Positions 28,403-42,159 of a DNA stretch of 64,000 bases are shown piece by piece (the first letter of the stretch is position 1; each line of letters starts with the position of its first letter). The translations under genes and the position numbers were made by a program. Source of the stretch: Eledone cirrhosa (lineage: Eukaryota); NCBI GenBank assembly GCA_964016885.1, contig OZ024740.1, positions 44,392,001-44,456,000 of the forward strand, in the 5' to 3' direction. A model generated the notes under the pieces. It was not told the origin of the DNA, did no database searches, and worked only from the letters and a program-made list of their open reading frames with translations.

Positions 28403-31400
28403 CTAGTGATACTATATAATGTCTAGTAACAATACCTCTGTTTCTAGTAATACTATATAATGTCTAGTACCATACCTATGTTTCTAGTGATACTGTATAC
28501 ATGTCTAGTAACACTACCTTTGTTTCTAGTAATACAATATACGTGTCTAGTAACACTACCTATGTTTCAAGTGATACTAAATACATGTCTAGTAACACTA
28601 CCTATGTTTCTAGTTATAATATATACATATCTAGTAACAATCCCTATGTTTCTAGTGATACTATATACTGTCCAGTAACAATACCTCTGTTTCTAGTAAT
28701 ACTATATAATGTCTAGTAACGTACCTATGTTTCTAGTCATACTATATACATATAAAGTAACACAACCTATGTTTCTAGTAATACAATCTACATGTGTAGT
28801 AACAATACCTATGTTTCAAGTGATACTATATACATGTGTAGTAACAATACCTGTGTTTCTAGTGATACTATATACATGTGTAGTAACAATACCTGTGTTT
28901 CTGGTAATACATGTCTAGTAACACTACCTATGTTTGTAGTAATACTATATACATGTCTAGTAACACTACCTATGTTTCTAGTGATATTATATACATGTCT
29001 AGTAACACTACCTATGTTGCTAGTGATACTATATACATGACTAGTAAAAATACATATATTTCTAGTAATAATATATACATGTCTAGTAATAATACCTATG
29101 TTTCTAGTGATACTATATACATATCTAAAAGCACTACCTATGTTTCTAGTAATAATATATACATGTCTAGTAACAATACCTATGTTTCTAGTGATACTAT
29201 ATAATGTCTAATAACAATACCTCTATTTCTAGTAATACTATATAATGTCTAGTACCATAGCTATGTTTCTAGTGATACTATATAATGTCTAGTAACACTA
29301 CCTATGTGCCTAGTAATACTATATACATGTCCAGTAACAATGCCTATGTTTCTAGTAATACTATATGCATGTCTAGTAACAATACCTATGTTAATAGTCA
29401 TTCTATATAATGTCTAGTAACACTACCTATGTTTCTCTAGTGATACTATATACATGTCTAGTAACAGCACATATGTGCCTAGTAATATTATATAATGTCT
29501 AGTAACAATGTCTATGTTTCTAGTAATACTATATACATGTCTAGTAACAATACCTATGTTTCTAGTGATACTATATACATGTCTAATAACACTACCTATG
29601 TCTCTAGTAATACAATATACGTGTCTAGTAACACTACCTATGTTTCTAGTGATACTATATAATGTCCAGTAACAATACCTATGTTTCTACTAATACTATA
29701 TAATGTCTAGTAACAATACATATGTTTCTAGTGATACTATATATATGTCTAGTAACAATTCCTATGTTTCTAGTGATACTATATACATGTCTAGTAACAA
29801 TACCTATGTTTCTAGTAATACATGTCTAGTAACACTACCTATGTTTGTAATAATACTATATACATGTCTAGTAACAATAGCTATGTTTCTAGTGATATTA
29901 TATACATGTCTAGTAACACTACCTATGTTTCAAGTGATATTATATACATGTCTAGTAACACTACCTATGTTTCTAGTGATACTATATACATGACTAGTAA
30001 CAATACCTATGTTTCTAGTAATACTATATACATGTCTAGTAACACTACCTATGTTTCTAGTAATACAATATACATGTCTAGTAACACTACCTATGTTTCT
30101 AGTAATACTATATACACGTCTAGTTACAGTACCTATGTTCCTAGTGATACTATATAATGTCTAGTAACAATACCTCTGTTTCTAGTAATACTATATAATG
30201 TCTAGTACCATATCTATGTTTTTAGTGATATTATATACATGTCTAGTAACACTACCTATGTTTCTAGTGATACTATATACATGACTAGTAACAATACCTA
30301 TGTTTCTAGTAATACTATATACATGTCTAGTAACACTACCTTTGTTTCTAGTAATACAATATACGTGTCTAGTAACACTACCTATGTTTCAAGTGATACT
30401 AAATACATGTCTAGTAACACTACTTATGTTTCTAGTTATAATATATACATGTCTAGTAACAATACCTATGTTTCTAGTAATACTATATACACGTCTAGTA
30501 ACAATCCCTATGTTTCTAGTGATACTATATAAGGTCCAGTAACAATACATCTGCTTCTAGTAATACTATATAATGTCTAGTAACGTACCTATGTTTCTAA
30601 TGATACTGTATACATTTAAAGTAACACAACCTATGTTTCTAGTAATACAATCTACATGTCTAGTAACAATACCTATGTTTCAAGTGATACTATATACATG
30701 TCTAGTAACAATTCCTATGTTTCTAGTGATACTATATACATGTCTAGTAACACTACCTATGTTTGTAGTAATACTATATACATGTCTAGTAACACTACCT
30801 ATGTTTCTAGTGATATTATATACATGTCTAGTAACACTACCTATGTTGCTAGTGATACTATATACATGACTAGTAAAAATACATATGTTTCTAGTAATAC
30901 TATATACATGTCTAGTAACAATACCTATCTTTCTAGTGATACTATATAATGTCTAGTACCATACCTATGTTTCTAGTGATACTATATAATGTCTAGTAAC
31001 ACTACCTATGTGCCTAGTAATACTATATACATGTCTAGTAACAATGCCTATGTTTCTAGTAATACTATATACATGTCTAGTAACAATACCTGTGTTATTA
31101 GTCATTCTATACAATGTCTAGTAACACTACCTATGTTTCTCTAGTGATAGTATATACATGTCTAGTAACAGCACATATGTGCCTAGTAATATTATATAAT
31201 GTCTAGTAACAATGTCTATGTTTCTAGTAATACTATATACATGTCTAGTAACAATACCTATGTTTCTAGTGATACTATATAATGTCTAGTAACAATAACT
31301 ATGTGTCTAGTCATACTATATAATGTCTAGTAAGACAAAATATGTTTCTAGTGATACTATATACATATCTAGTAACACTACCTATGTTTCTAATGATATT

Positions 31401-34400
31401 ATATACATGTCTAGTAACAATACCTCTGTTTCTAGTAATACTATATAATGTCTAGTACCATACCTATGTTTCTAGTGATACTGTATACATGTCTAATAAC
31501 ACTACCTATGTTTCTAGTAATACAATATACATGTCTAGTAACACTACCTATGTTTCTAGTAATACTATATACACGTCTAGTTACAGTACCTATGTTCCTA
31601 GTGATACTATATAATGTCTAGTAACAATACCTCTGTTTCTAGTAATACTATATAATGTCTAGTACCATATCTATGTTTCTAGTGATACTGTATAAATGTC
31701 TAGTAACACTACATTTGTTTCTAGTAATACAATATACATGTCTAGTAACACTACCTATGTTTCAAGTGATACTAAATACATGTCTAGTAACACTACTTAT
31801 GTTTCTAGTTATAATATATACATGTCTAGTAACAATACCTATGTTTTAGTAATACTATATACACGTCTAGTAACAATCCCTATGTTTCTAGTGATACTAT
31901 ATAAGGTCCAGTAACAATACATCTGCTTCTAGTAATACTATATAATGTCTAGTAACGTACCTATGTTTCTAATGATACTGTATACATTTAAAATAACACA
32001 ACCTATGTTTCTAGTAATACAATCTACATGTCTAGTAACAATACCTATGTTTCAAGTGATACTATATACATGTCTAGTAACAATTCCTATGTTTCTAGTG
32101 ATACTATATACATGTCTAGTAACAATACCTGTGTTTCTAGTAATACATGTCTAGTAACACTACCTATGTTTGTAGTAATACTATATACATGTCTAGTAAC
32201 ACTACCTATGTTTCTAGTGATATTATATACATGTCTAGTAACACTACCTATGTTGCTAGTGATACTATATACATGACTAGTAAAAATACATATGTTTCTA
32301 GTAATACTATATACATGTCTAGTAGAAATACCTATCTTTCTAGTGATACTATATAATGTCTAGTACCATACCTATGTTTCTAGTGATACTATATAATGTC
32401 TAGTAACACTACCTATGTGCCTAGTAATACTATATACATGTCTAGTAACAATGCCTATGTTTCTAGTAATACTATATACATGTCTAGTAACAATACCTGT
32501 GTTATTAGTCATTCTATACAATGTCTAGTAACACTACCTATGTTTCTCTAGTGATACTATATACATGTCTAGTAACAGCACATATGTGCCTAGTAATATT
32601 ATATAATGTCTAGTAACAATGTCTATGTTTCTAGTAATACTATATACATGTCTAGTAACAATACCTATGTTTCTAGTGATACTATATAATGTCTAGTAAC
32701 AATAACTATGTGTCTAGTCATACTATATAATGTCTAGTAAGACAAAATATGTTTCTAGTGATACTATATACATATCTAGTAACACTACCTATGTTTCTAA
32801 TGATATTATATACATGTCTAGTAACAATACCTCTGTTTCTAGTAATACTATATAATGTCTAGTACCATACCTATGTTTCTAGTGATACTGTATACATGTC
32901 TAATAACACTACCTATGTTTCTAGTAATACAATATACGTGTCTAGTAACACTACCTATGTTTTAAGTGATACTATATACATGTCTATTAACACTACCTAT
33001 GTTTCTAGTTATAATATATACGTGTCTAGTAACAATACCTATGTTTCTAGTGATATTATATACCTGTCTAGTAACAATACCTATGTTTCTAGTAATACAT
33101 GTCTAGTAACACTACCTATGTTTCTAGTAATACTATATACATGTCTAGTAAAACTACCTATGTTTCTAGTAATACTATATACATGTCTAGTAACAATACC
33201 TATGTTTCTAGTGATACTTTATAATGTCTAGTAACACTACCTATGTTTCTAGGGATACTATATACATGTCTAGTAAAAATACATATATTTCTGGTAATAC
33301 TATATACATGTCTAGTAATAATACCTATGTTTCTAGTGATACTATATAATGTCTACTAACAATACATCTGTTTCTAGTAATAATATATAATGTCTAGTAC
33401 CATACCTATGTTTCTAGTGATACTATATAATGTCTAGTAACACTACCTATGTTTCTATTGTGATACTATATACATGTCTAGTAACAGCACATATGTGCCT
33501 AGTAATAATACATAATGTGGAGTAACAATGCCTATGTTTCTAGTAATACTATATACATGTCTAGTAACAATACCTGTGTTTCTAGTAATACTATATACAT
33601 GTCTAGTAACAATACCTATGTTTCTAGTGATACTATATACACGTCTTGTAACAATACCTATGTTCCTAGTGATACTATATAATGTCTAGTAACAATACCT
33701 CTGTTTCTAGTAATACTATATAATGTCTAGTAACGTACATATGTTTCTAGTAATACAATATACATGTCTAGTAATACTACCTGTTTCAAGTGATACTATA
33801 TACATGTCTAGTAACAATTCCTATGTTTCTAGTGATACTATATACATGTCTAGTAACACTACCTATGTTTCTAGTGATATTATATACATGTCTAGTAACA
33901 CTACCTATGTTGCTAGTGATACTATATACATGTCTAGTAACAATACCTATGTTTCTAGTAATACATGTCTAGTAACACTACTTATGTTTCTAGTAATACT
34001 ATATACATGTCTAGTAACACTACCTATGTTTCTAGTGATACTATATACATGTCTAGTAACAATACTTATGTTTCTAGTGATATTATATACATGTCTAGTA
34101 ACAATACCTATGTTTATAGTGATACTATATACATGTCTAGTAACACTACCTATGTTTCTAGTATTAATATATACATGTCTAGTAACATTACCTTTGTTTC
34201 TAGTGATACTATATAATGTCAAGCAACAATACCAATGTTTCTAGTAATACTATATACATGTCTAGTAACAATACCTCTGTTTCTAGTAATACTATATAAT
34301 GTCTAGTACCATACCTATGTTTCTAGTGATACTATATAATGTCTAGTAACACTACCTATGTTTCTATAGTGATACTATATAGATGTCTAATATATACATG

Positions 34401-37400
34401 TCTAGTAAAAGCACATATGCTCCTAGTAATACTAAATAATGTCTAGCAACAATACCTATGTTTCTAGTAATGATATATACATGTCTAGTAACATTACCTA
34501 TGTTTCTAGTGATACTATATACATGTCTAGTAACAATACCTATGTTTCTAGTGATACTATATAATGTCTAGTAACAATAACTATGTTTCTAGTAATACTA
34601 TATACATGTCTAGTAACCATACCTATGTTTCTAGTGATACTATATACATGTCTAGTAACAATACCTATGTTTCTAGTGATATTATATACATGTCTAGTAA
34701 CAGTACCTATGTTTCTAGTGATATTATATACATGTCTTGTAACACTACCTATGTTGCTAGTGATACTATATACATGTCTAGTAACAATACGTATGTTTCT
34801 AGTAATACATGTCTAGTAACACTACCTATGTTTCTAGTAATACTATATACATGTCTAGTAACACTACCTATGTTTCTAGTGATACTATATACATGTCTAG
34901 TAACAATACTTATGTTTCTAGTGATATTATATACATGTCTAGTAACAATACCAATGTTTCTAGTGATACTATATACATGTCTAGTAACACTACCTATGTT
35001 TCTAGTATTAATATATACATGTCTAGTAACAATACCTATGTTTCTTGTGATACTACATACATGTCTAGTTACAATACCTATGTTTCTAGTGATACTATAT
35101 ACATGTCTAGTAACAATACGTATGTTTCTAGTGATACTACATACCTGTCTAGTAACAATACCTATGTTTCTAGTAATACATGTCTAGTAACACTACCTAT
35201 GTTTCTAGTAGTACTATATACATGTCTAGTAACACTACCTATGTTTCTAGTAATACTATATACATGTCTAGTAACACTACCTATGTTTCTAGTGATACTA
35301 TATACATGTCTAGTAACAATACTTATGTTTCTAGTGATACTATATACATGTCTAGTAACACTACCTATGTTTCTAGTGATATAATAGACATGTCTAGTAA
35401 TAATACCTATGTTTCTAGTGATACTATCTACATGTCTAGTAACACTACCTATGTTCCTCGTAATACTATATACACGTCTAGTAACAATAACTATGTTCCT
35501 AGTGATACTATATAATGTCTAGTAACAATACCTCTGTTTCTAGTAATACTATATAATGTCTAGTACCATACCTATGTTTCTAGTGATACTGTATACATGT
35601 CTAGTAACACTACCTATGTTTCTAGTAATACTATATACACGTCTAGTAACAATACCTATGTTTCTAGTGATACTATATAATGTCCAGTAACAATACCTCT
35701 GTTTCTAGTAATACGATATAATGTCTAGTAACGTACATATGTTTCTAGTAATGCAATATACATGTCTAGTAACACTACCTGTTTCAAGTGATACTATATA
35801 CATGTCTAGTAACAATTCCTATGTTTCTAGTGATACTATATACATGTCTAGTAACAATACCTATGTTTCTAGTAATACATGTCTAGTAACACTACCTATA
35901 ATTGTAGTAATAATATATACATGTCTAGTAACACTACCAATGTTTCTAGTGATACTATATACATGTCGAGTAACACTACCTATGTTTCTAGTGATATTAT
36001 ATACATGTCTAGTAACACTACCTATGTTTCTAGTGATATTATATACATGTCTAGTAACACTACGTATGTTGCTAGTGATACTATATACATGTCTATTAAC
36101 AATACCTATGTTTCTAGTAATACATGTCTAGTAACACTACCTATGATTCTAGTAATACTATATACATGTCTAGTAACACTACCTATGTTTCTAGTGATAC
36201 TATATACAAGTCTAGTAACAATACCTATGTTTCTAGTGATACTACATACATGTCTAGTTACAATACCTGTGTTTCTAGTGATACTATATACATGTCTAGT
36301 AACAATACCTATGTTTCTAGAGATACTATATACCTGTCTAGTAACAATACCTATGTTTCTAGTAATACATGTCTAGTAATACTACCTATGTTTCTAGTAA
36401 TACTATATACATGTCTAGTAACACTACCTATGTTTCTAGTGATACCATATACATGTCTAGTAACCATACCTATGTTTCTAGTGATACTATATACATGTCT
36501 AGTAACAATACCTTTGTTTCTAGTAATATTATAACATGTCTAGTAACACTACCTATGTTTCTAGTAATACTATATACATGTCTAGTAACAACACCTATGT
36601 TTCTAGTGAAATTATATAATGTCTATTAACAATACCTATGTTTCTAGTAATACTATATACACGTCTAGTAACAATACCTATGTTTCTAGTGATACTTTAT
36701 AATGTCTAGTAACACTACCCATGTTTCTATTGATAGTATATAATGTCTAGTAACACTACCTATGTTTCTAGTGATACTATATACATATCTAGTAGCGCTA
36801 CCTATGTTTCTAGTGATACTATATACATGTCTAGTAGCACTACCTATATTTCTAATAATATTATATACATGTCTAGTAATAATACCTATGTTTCTAGTGA
36901 TACTATATACATGTCTAGTAGCACTACCTATATTTCTAATAATATTATATACATGTCTAGTAATAATACCTATGTTTCAAGTGATACTATATACATGTCT
37001 AGTAACACTACCTATGTTTCTAGTGATACTATATACATGTCTAGTAGCACTACCTATATTTCTAATAATATTATATACATGTCTAGTAATAATACCTATG
37101 TTTCTAGTGATACTATATACATGTATGGTAACAATACATATGTTTCTAGTGATACTATATACATGTCTAGTAACAAGACCTATGTTTCTAGTGATACTAT
37201 ATAGATGTCTAGTACCATACCTATGTTTCTAGTGATACTATATACATGTCTAGTAACAATACTTATGTTTCTAGTAATACTATATACATGTCTAGTAACA
37301 ATACCTATATTTCTAGTAATACTATATACATGTCTAGTAATATTACCTATGTTTCTAGTGATACTGTATAATGTCTAGTAACACTACCTATGTTTCTAGT

Positions 37401-37578
37401 AATACTATATACAAGTCTAGTAACACTACCTATGTTTTCAGAGATAATATATACATGTCTAGTAACAATACCTAAGTTTCTAGTGATACTATATACATAT
37501 CTAGTAACAATACCTATGTTTCTAGTGATAACATATACATGTCTAGTAACAATACCTATGTTTCTAGTAATACTATAT

Positions 37579-38208
37579 GGTGGCTGCCAACTCGTTTTCG
37601 AGTACGGCCACTATATTATATCCATGTAGGAGAACCCCTACCGATGCGCTGAACGAGTGTGACTTTTTAGTCCAGCCAGCGACTTGAAAACTCTGGTACA
37701 AACACTACACTTGTGACAATTATTGACACATAGTACTGGGCCCATTGTACCCTGTGACGACAAGTGCAGAGAGATCTCCAGATATAAAGCAATGCCTCTG
37801 CCGTAAAGCTTTTATAGTGAGCAAAGGCACTGCACAAAGCCAGTCCCACTCTCTTAACCAAGATGATATTTACCAAAAAGAAGAACAAGTCAATATCATT
37901 GGATACCATCAGGGTTGCAGGTGTTATATCAGAGTTTTCCTTCTCCTAGAATTCTGCCTTGACAAAGGCTAAGGGGTCATCTCTCCATGTGATTTTGGAT
38001 GGCCATTGACTCTTAAGAGCTCCTTTGCCCTTTGACAGGTTTTGTTTTTAGTCCTGCAGGATGTCCAAAGTCACCCTCCTCACCAAGAAACCTTGGTGGG
38101 GTTGTCAGTTTAGTCGCCAACGACCCGACGATGGGACAGGTTGTACTGGAATACATGTTACCAGTAGCACCAACTAGTGACCTGACACTAACTAGTGACC
38201 TGACACAG
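37579..38208 (+). mobile_element. 630-bp non-coding insertion (probable non-autonomous retroposon) with 12-bp TSD
   Basis: Non-satellite, more GC-rich sequence flanked by GTAATACTATAT at 37567-37578 and 38209-38220. No convincing ORF. The segment AGTTTTCCTTCTCCTAG...GCCTT...AAGGCTAA resembles RTE 5'-UTR-type sequence (from recall, unverified). Strand is inferred. Confidence 0.6.
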
Positions 38209-38367
38209 GTAATACTATATACAGGTATTACTATATACAGGTGATACTATACACAGGTAATACTATATACAGGTAATACTATACACAGGTAATACTATAT
38301 ACAGGTAATACTGACACAGGTAATACTATATACAGGTAATACTATACACAGGTAATACTATATACAG
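38205..38367 (+). repeat. 16-bp minisatellite (ACAGGTAATACTATA[T/C]) x10
   Basis: Ten tandem units counted directly; one is a 15-bp variant, ACAGGTAATACTGAC. Confidence 0.95.
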
Positions 38368-40514
38368 CTCTAGTAATAATACCTATGTTTCTAGTGATAC
38401 TATGTACATGTCTAGTAAGAATACCTATGTTTCTAGTAATACTATATACATGTCTAGTAACACTACCTATGTTTCTAGTGATACTATATACATGTCTAGT
38501 AACACTACCTATGTTTCTAGTGATAGTATATAATGTCTAGTAACAATACCTATGTTTCTAGTAATACATGTCTAGTAACAATGCCTATGTTTCTAGTAAT
38601 ACTATATAGATGTTTAGTAACAATACCTATGTTTCTCGTAATGCTATATACATGTCTAGTAACAATACCTATGTTTCTAGTAATACTATATAATGTCGAG
38701 TAACACTACCTATGTTTCTAGTAATGCTATATAATGTCTAGTAACAATACCTATGTCTCTAGTGATAATATATTCATGTTTAGTAACACGACATATGTTT
38801 CTAGTAATACTATATACATGTCTAGTAACACTACCTATGTTTCTAGTGATACTATATACATGTCTAGTAACAATACCTGTTTCTAGTAATACTATATACA
38901 TGTCTAGTAACAATACCTATGTTTCTAGTGATATTATATACATGTCTAGTAAAACTACCTATGTTTCTAGTGATACTGGATACATGTCTAGTAACAATAC
39001 CTATGTTTCTAGTGATATTATATACATGTCTAGTAACAATACCTATGTTTCTAGTGATACTATATAATGTCTAGTAACAATACCTATGTTTCTAGTAATA
39101 CTCTATAATGTCTAGCAACAATACCTATGTTTCAAGTAATACTATATAATGTCTAGTAACAATGCCTATGTTTCTAGCGATACTATATACATGTCTAGTA
39201 ACAATGCCTATGTTTCTAGCGATACTATATACATGTCTAGTAACACTACCTATGTTTCTAGTAATATTATATACATGTCTAGTAACAATACCTATGTTTC
39301 TAGTGATATTATATACATGTCTAGTAACAATACCTATGTTTCTAGTAATATTATATACATGTCTAGTAACAATACCTATGTTTCTAGTGATATTATATAC
39401 ATGTCTAGTAACAATACCAATGTTTCTAGTAATATTATATACATGTCTAATAACAATACCTATGTTTCTAGTGATACTATATACATGTCTAATAACACTA
39501 CCTATGTTTCTAGTGATATATATACATGTCTAGGAACACTACCTATGTTTCTAGTAATACTATATACATGTCTAGTAACAATACCCTTGTTTCTAGTGAT
39601 ACTATATAAGGTCTAGTAACAATACCTATGTTTCTAGTGATACTATATAATGTCTCGTAACAATACCTATGTTTCTAGTGATAGTATATAATGTCTAGCA
39701 ACACTACCTATGTTTCTAGTAATACTATATACATGTCTAGTAACACTACCTATGTTTCTAGTGATACTATATACATGTCTAGTAACACTGCCTATGTTTC
39801 TAGTAATACTATATACATGTCTTGTAACATTACCTATGTTTCTAGTTACACTATATAATGTCCAGTAACAATACCTCTGTTTCTAGTAATACTATATACA
39901 TGTCTAGTAACAATACCTATGTTTCTAGTAATATTATATACATGTCTAATAACAATACCTATGTTTCTAGTAATACTATATACATGTCTAGTAACACTAC
40001 CTATGTTTCTAGTGATAATATATACATGTCTAGTAACAATACCTATGTTTCTAGTGATACTATATACATGTCTAGTAACACTACCTATGTTTCTAGTGAT
40101 ACTATATACATGTCTAGTAACAATACCTATGTTTCTAGTGATACTTTATAATGTCTAGTAACAATACCTATGTTTCTAGTGATACTATATACATGTCTAC
40201 TAACACTACCTATGTTTCTAGTGATAGTATATCATGTCTAGTAACAATGCCTATGTTTCTAGTGATACTATATACATGTCTAGTAACAATACCTATGTTT
40301 CTAGTGATACTATATAATGTCTAGTAACAATACCTATGTTTCTAGTTATACTATATACATATCTAGTAATACTATATACATGTCTAGTAACAATACCTAT
40401 GTTTCTAGTGATACTATATACATATCTAGTAATACTATATACATGTCTAGTAACACTACCTATGTTTCTAGTGATACTATATAATATGTAGTAACACTAC
40501 CTATGTTTCTAGTG

Positions 40515-40748
40515 TAATTACCTATGATTTTTAAATCCTTTTGAAAACAATAAAAATTTTGGAATGATTTAATAACAATAACTAACTTTCACATTATTAA
40601 GTTGATGTTTGGAACATAACTTAATATAGGTTCCTACATAAAATTATGATGGTGGCAGGTTTACATTTAAATATAAACACGCTAAAATATACATTTTTGT
40701 ATGATAGAACCAAGAACAGTTTGAAAATATTTGGTGTAAAGATAGTTA
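40515..40748 (+). mobile_element. Partial decayed TTAA-type MITE abutting the right end of the satellite
   Basis: By-eye alignment to the copy at 50781-51022, e.g. TTTGTATGATAGAACCAAGAACAGTTT vs TTGGTATGATAGAATCAGGGCAGTTT, and ATTATTAAGTTGATGTTTGGAACATAAC vs ATTATGAAACTGCTATTTAGAAAATAAC. Confidence 0.55.
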
Positions 40749-40899
40749 CACTGACATGGTCATTTTATCACTTCTTGTCTATCAATTCTTTGACATACTT
40801 CTCTAATTTGTCCATCAGTGGGCAGTGAATTCATGTATAAATCATAGTCTCTATTTTCCTTCTTTCTTAAGCCTACTTTTTATGTCCATGGAGATAATA

Positions 40900-41145
40900 C
40901 ATAACAAGAGATATTGCTTCAATAAAATTTACCATTTATGAGGAAGTAAAGACTCAAACCTATGCTGCAAAAGTTGTCTAACTGATTGTGGAATAATATC
41001 AATAAGAAGATACTGTATATAATTGCCCTCTAACATTAAAGGAATAAAAGTAAATCTAATTACCTTCCGAACTCTAATTGATAAAATTAAAGGAAATTGA
41101 TGACAGCGTGTTTAAATCTATGTCTAATCACAACTCCTTAATGAT
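40900..41145 (+). mobile_element. Possible highly decayed CR1-like LINE C-terminal remnant
   Basis: Frame-broken translation ...LPSNIKGIKVNLITFRTLIDK.LKEIDD...SNHNSL resembles the 'LFN.LP..I.......FK..LD..L..IPD.....SNSL' LINE terminus. Confidence 0.3.
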
Positions 41146-42159
41146 GCGTCAAATGAAATGAAAGGTTTTTTGAATGAATGCACTATCATGAAGTGGTTTG
41201 CAGGGAACCATCAAATACTAGCAATGAGGAATATGTCATGCCTATTAGAGAGGCCTCTTTAACAGAAGATCAGATATAGTTGATATCTTTGCTAATGTCA
41301 AGCAAAAAAGTATGATTGAAATATATTCCTTGTCTGACTCAATTAACCTACTTTATTTCTAATTTGAAACATATTTACTAAGAATGGTATACAGTCATGA
41401 TAATAAATCATATCAACTGTCAAAATATTCAGTATGTCCTAAATTGCAGCATCTGTACTTTATCTGTACTTTATCTGTACTTTATTTATTTTCAATATTA
41501 ATTCACTAATAAACACCCCAAACTTTAAAATGTCCTTGGTCCAGACTATTTCAGTATATCTGTAGATTCTAGTAGTGGCCACAGCATAGGTGAGCAAGGT
41601 AGACAAGGGTAGAACATAACAGTTGTTGTTCATTAAGAGCATATACTCAAGTATTTGACTGATGTTCTAGATATACCATGCACCTGCCAAGCTAAGGACC
41701 ATACTGGGGTCCACCCTGACATGAACCGTCACAGTTTATAAATATTTTATTCTCTGTATTGTTCATTTTATTTCTGTACACCTGGAGATTATGGTTATGA
41801 TAACATCAGAGTTAAGCAAAGTAGACTTGATCAGAATGAATCTCTACAAAAGTTGCTTCATTTACTCAAATTAACAGCCTCCAAATTGCTGTGTTGAAAA
41901 AAAAGTATTCTTATATGGGAAAAGATAATGTAATGATCATAGCCTCAATGTAGTCAAAAGATGTAAGTCCAACGCAGCAAAATATGATAACAGAATATGT
42001 ATTATAGATAATAATTGAGATTATGATATAAAGAAAAGATAAAGAAAATTTGAAAATCTTAAAGTAATTTGAGAAATATAAAATATGTTATTACAGAGAA
42101 AGCTAAAATAAAGTGGAAAATTTCAAAGCAAATGTAGAATAAATTAATTAAGATGATAT

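Larger units (their letters stand above)
1564..40514 (+). repeat. ~39-kb satellite array, 42-bp monomer with 41-bp, ~35-bp and 21-bp variants
   Basis: Directly visible tandem monomer ATGTCTAGTAACA(C/A)TACCTATGTTTCTAGT(G/A)ATACTATATA(C). It is interrupted only at 28220-28402 and 37579-38367. Confidence 0.99.

Noticed and set aside
37667-38244. Short ORFs in the 630-bp insertion
   Set aside because: 70-80 aa, non-ATG starts, no recognisable motifs.
742-40158. Over 150 ORFs of MSSNTTYVSSDTIY or MFLVILYTCLVTLP repeats, resembling mucin-like or membrane proteins
   Set aside because: A 42-bp (14-codon) monomer keeps two frames open by construction. The 41-bp and other indel monomers break frames every few units, and there is no unique domain or splice structure.
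1564-40514. CRISPR-like regular repeat array
   Set aside because: No unique spacers between repeats, no cas genes, and a eukaryotic context.
1564-40514. Overlapping stop-start TAATG created by each 41-bp monomer, suggestive of termination-reinitiation or a binary 41/42 code
   Set aside because: It is simply a 1-bp deletion in TATACATG. Its pattern follows block duplication history, and nothing suggests translation.
41450-41725. Possible additional host exon between the Fn3 exon and the satellite
   Set aside because: No convincing Fn3/Ig motif or paired phase-1 splice sites found; only an 11-bp triple repeat (ATCTGTACTTT). A very small exon could have been missed.
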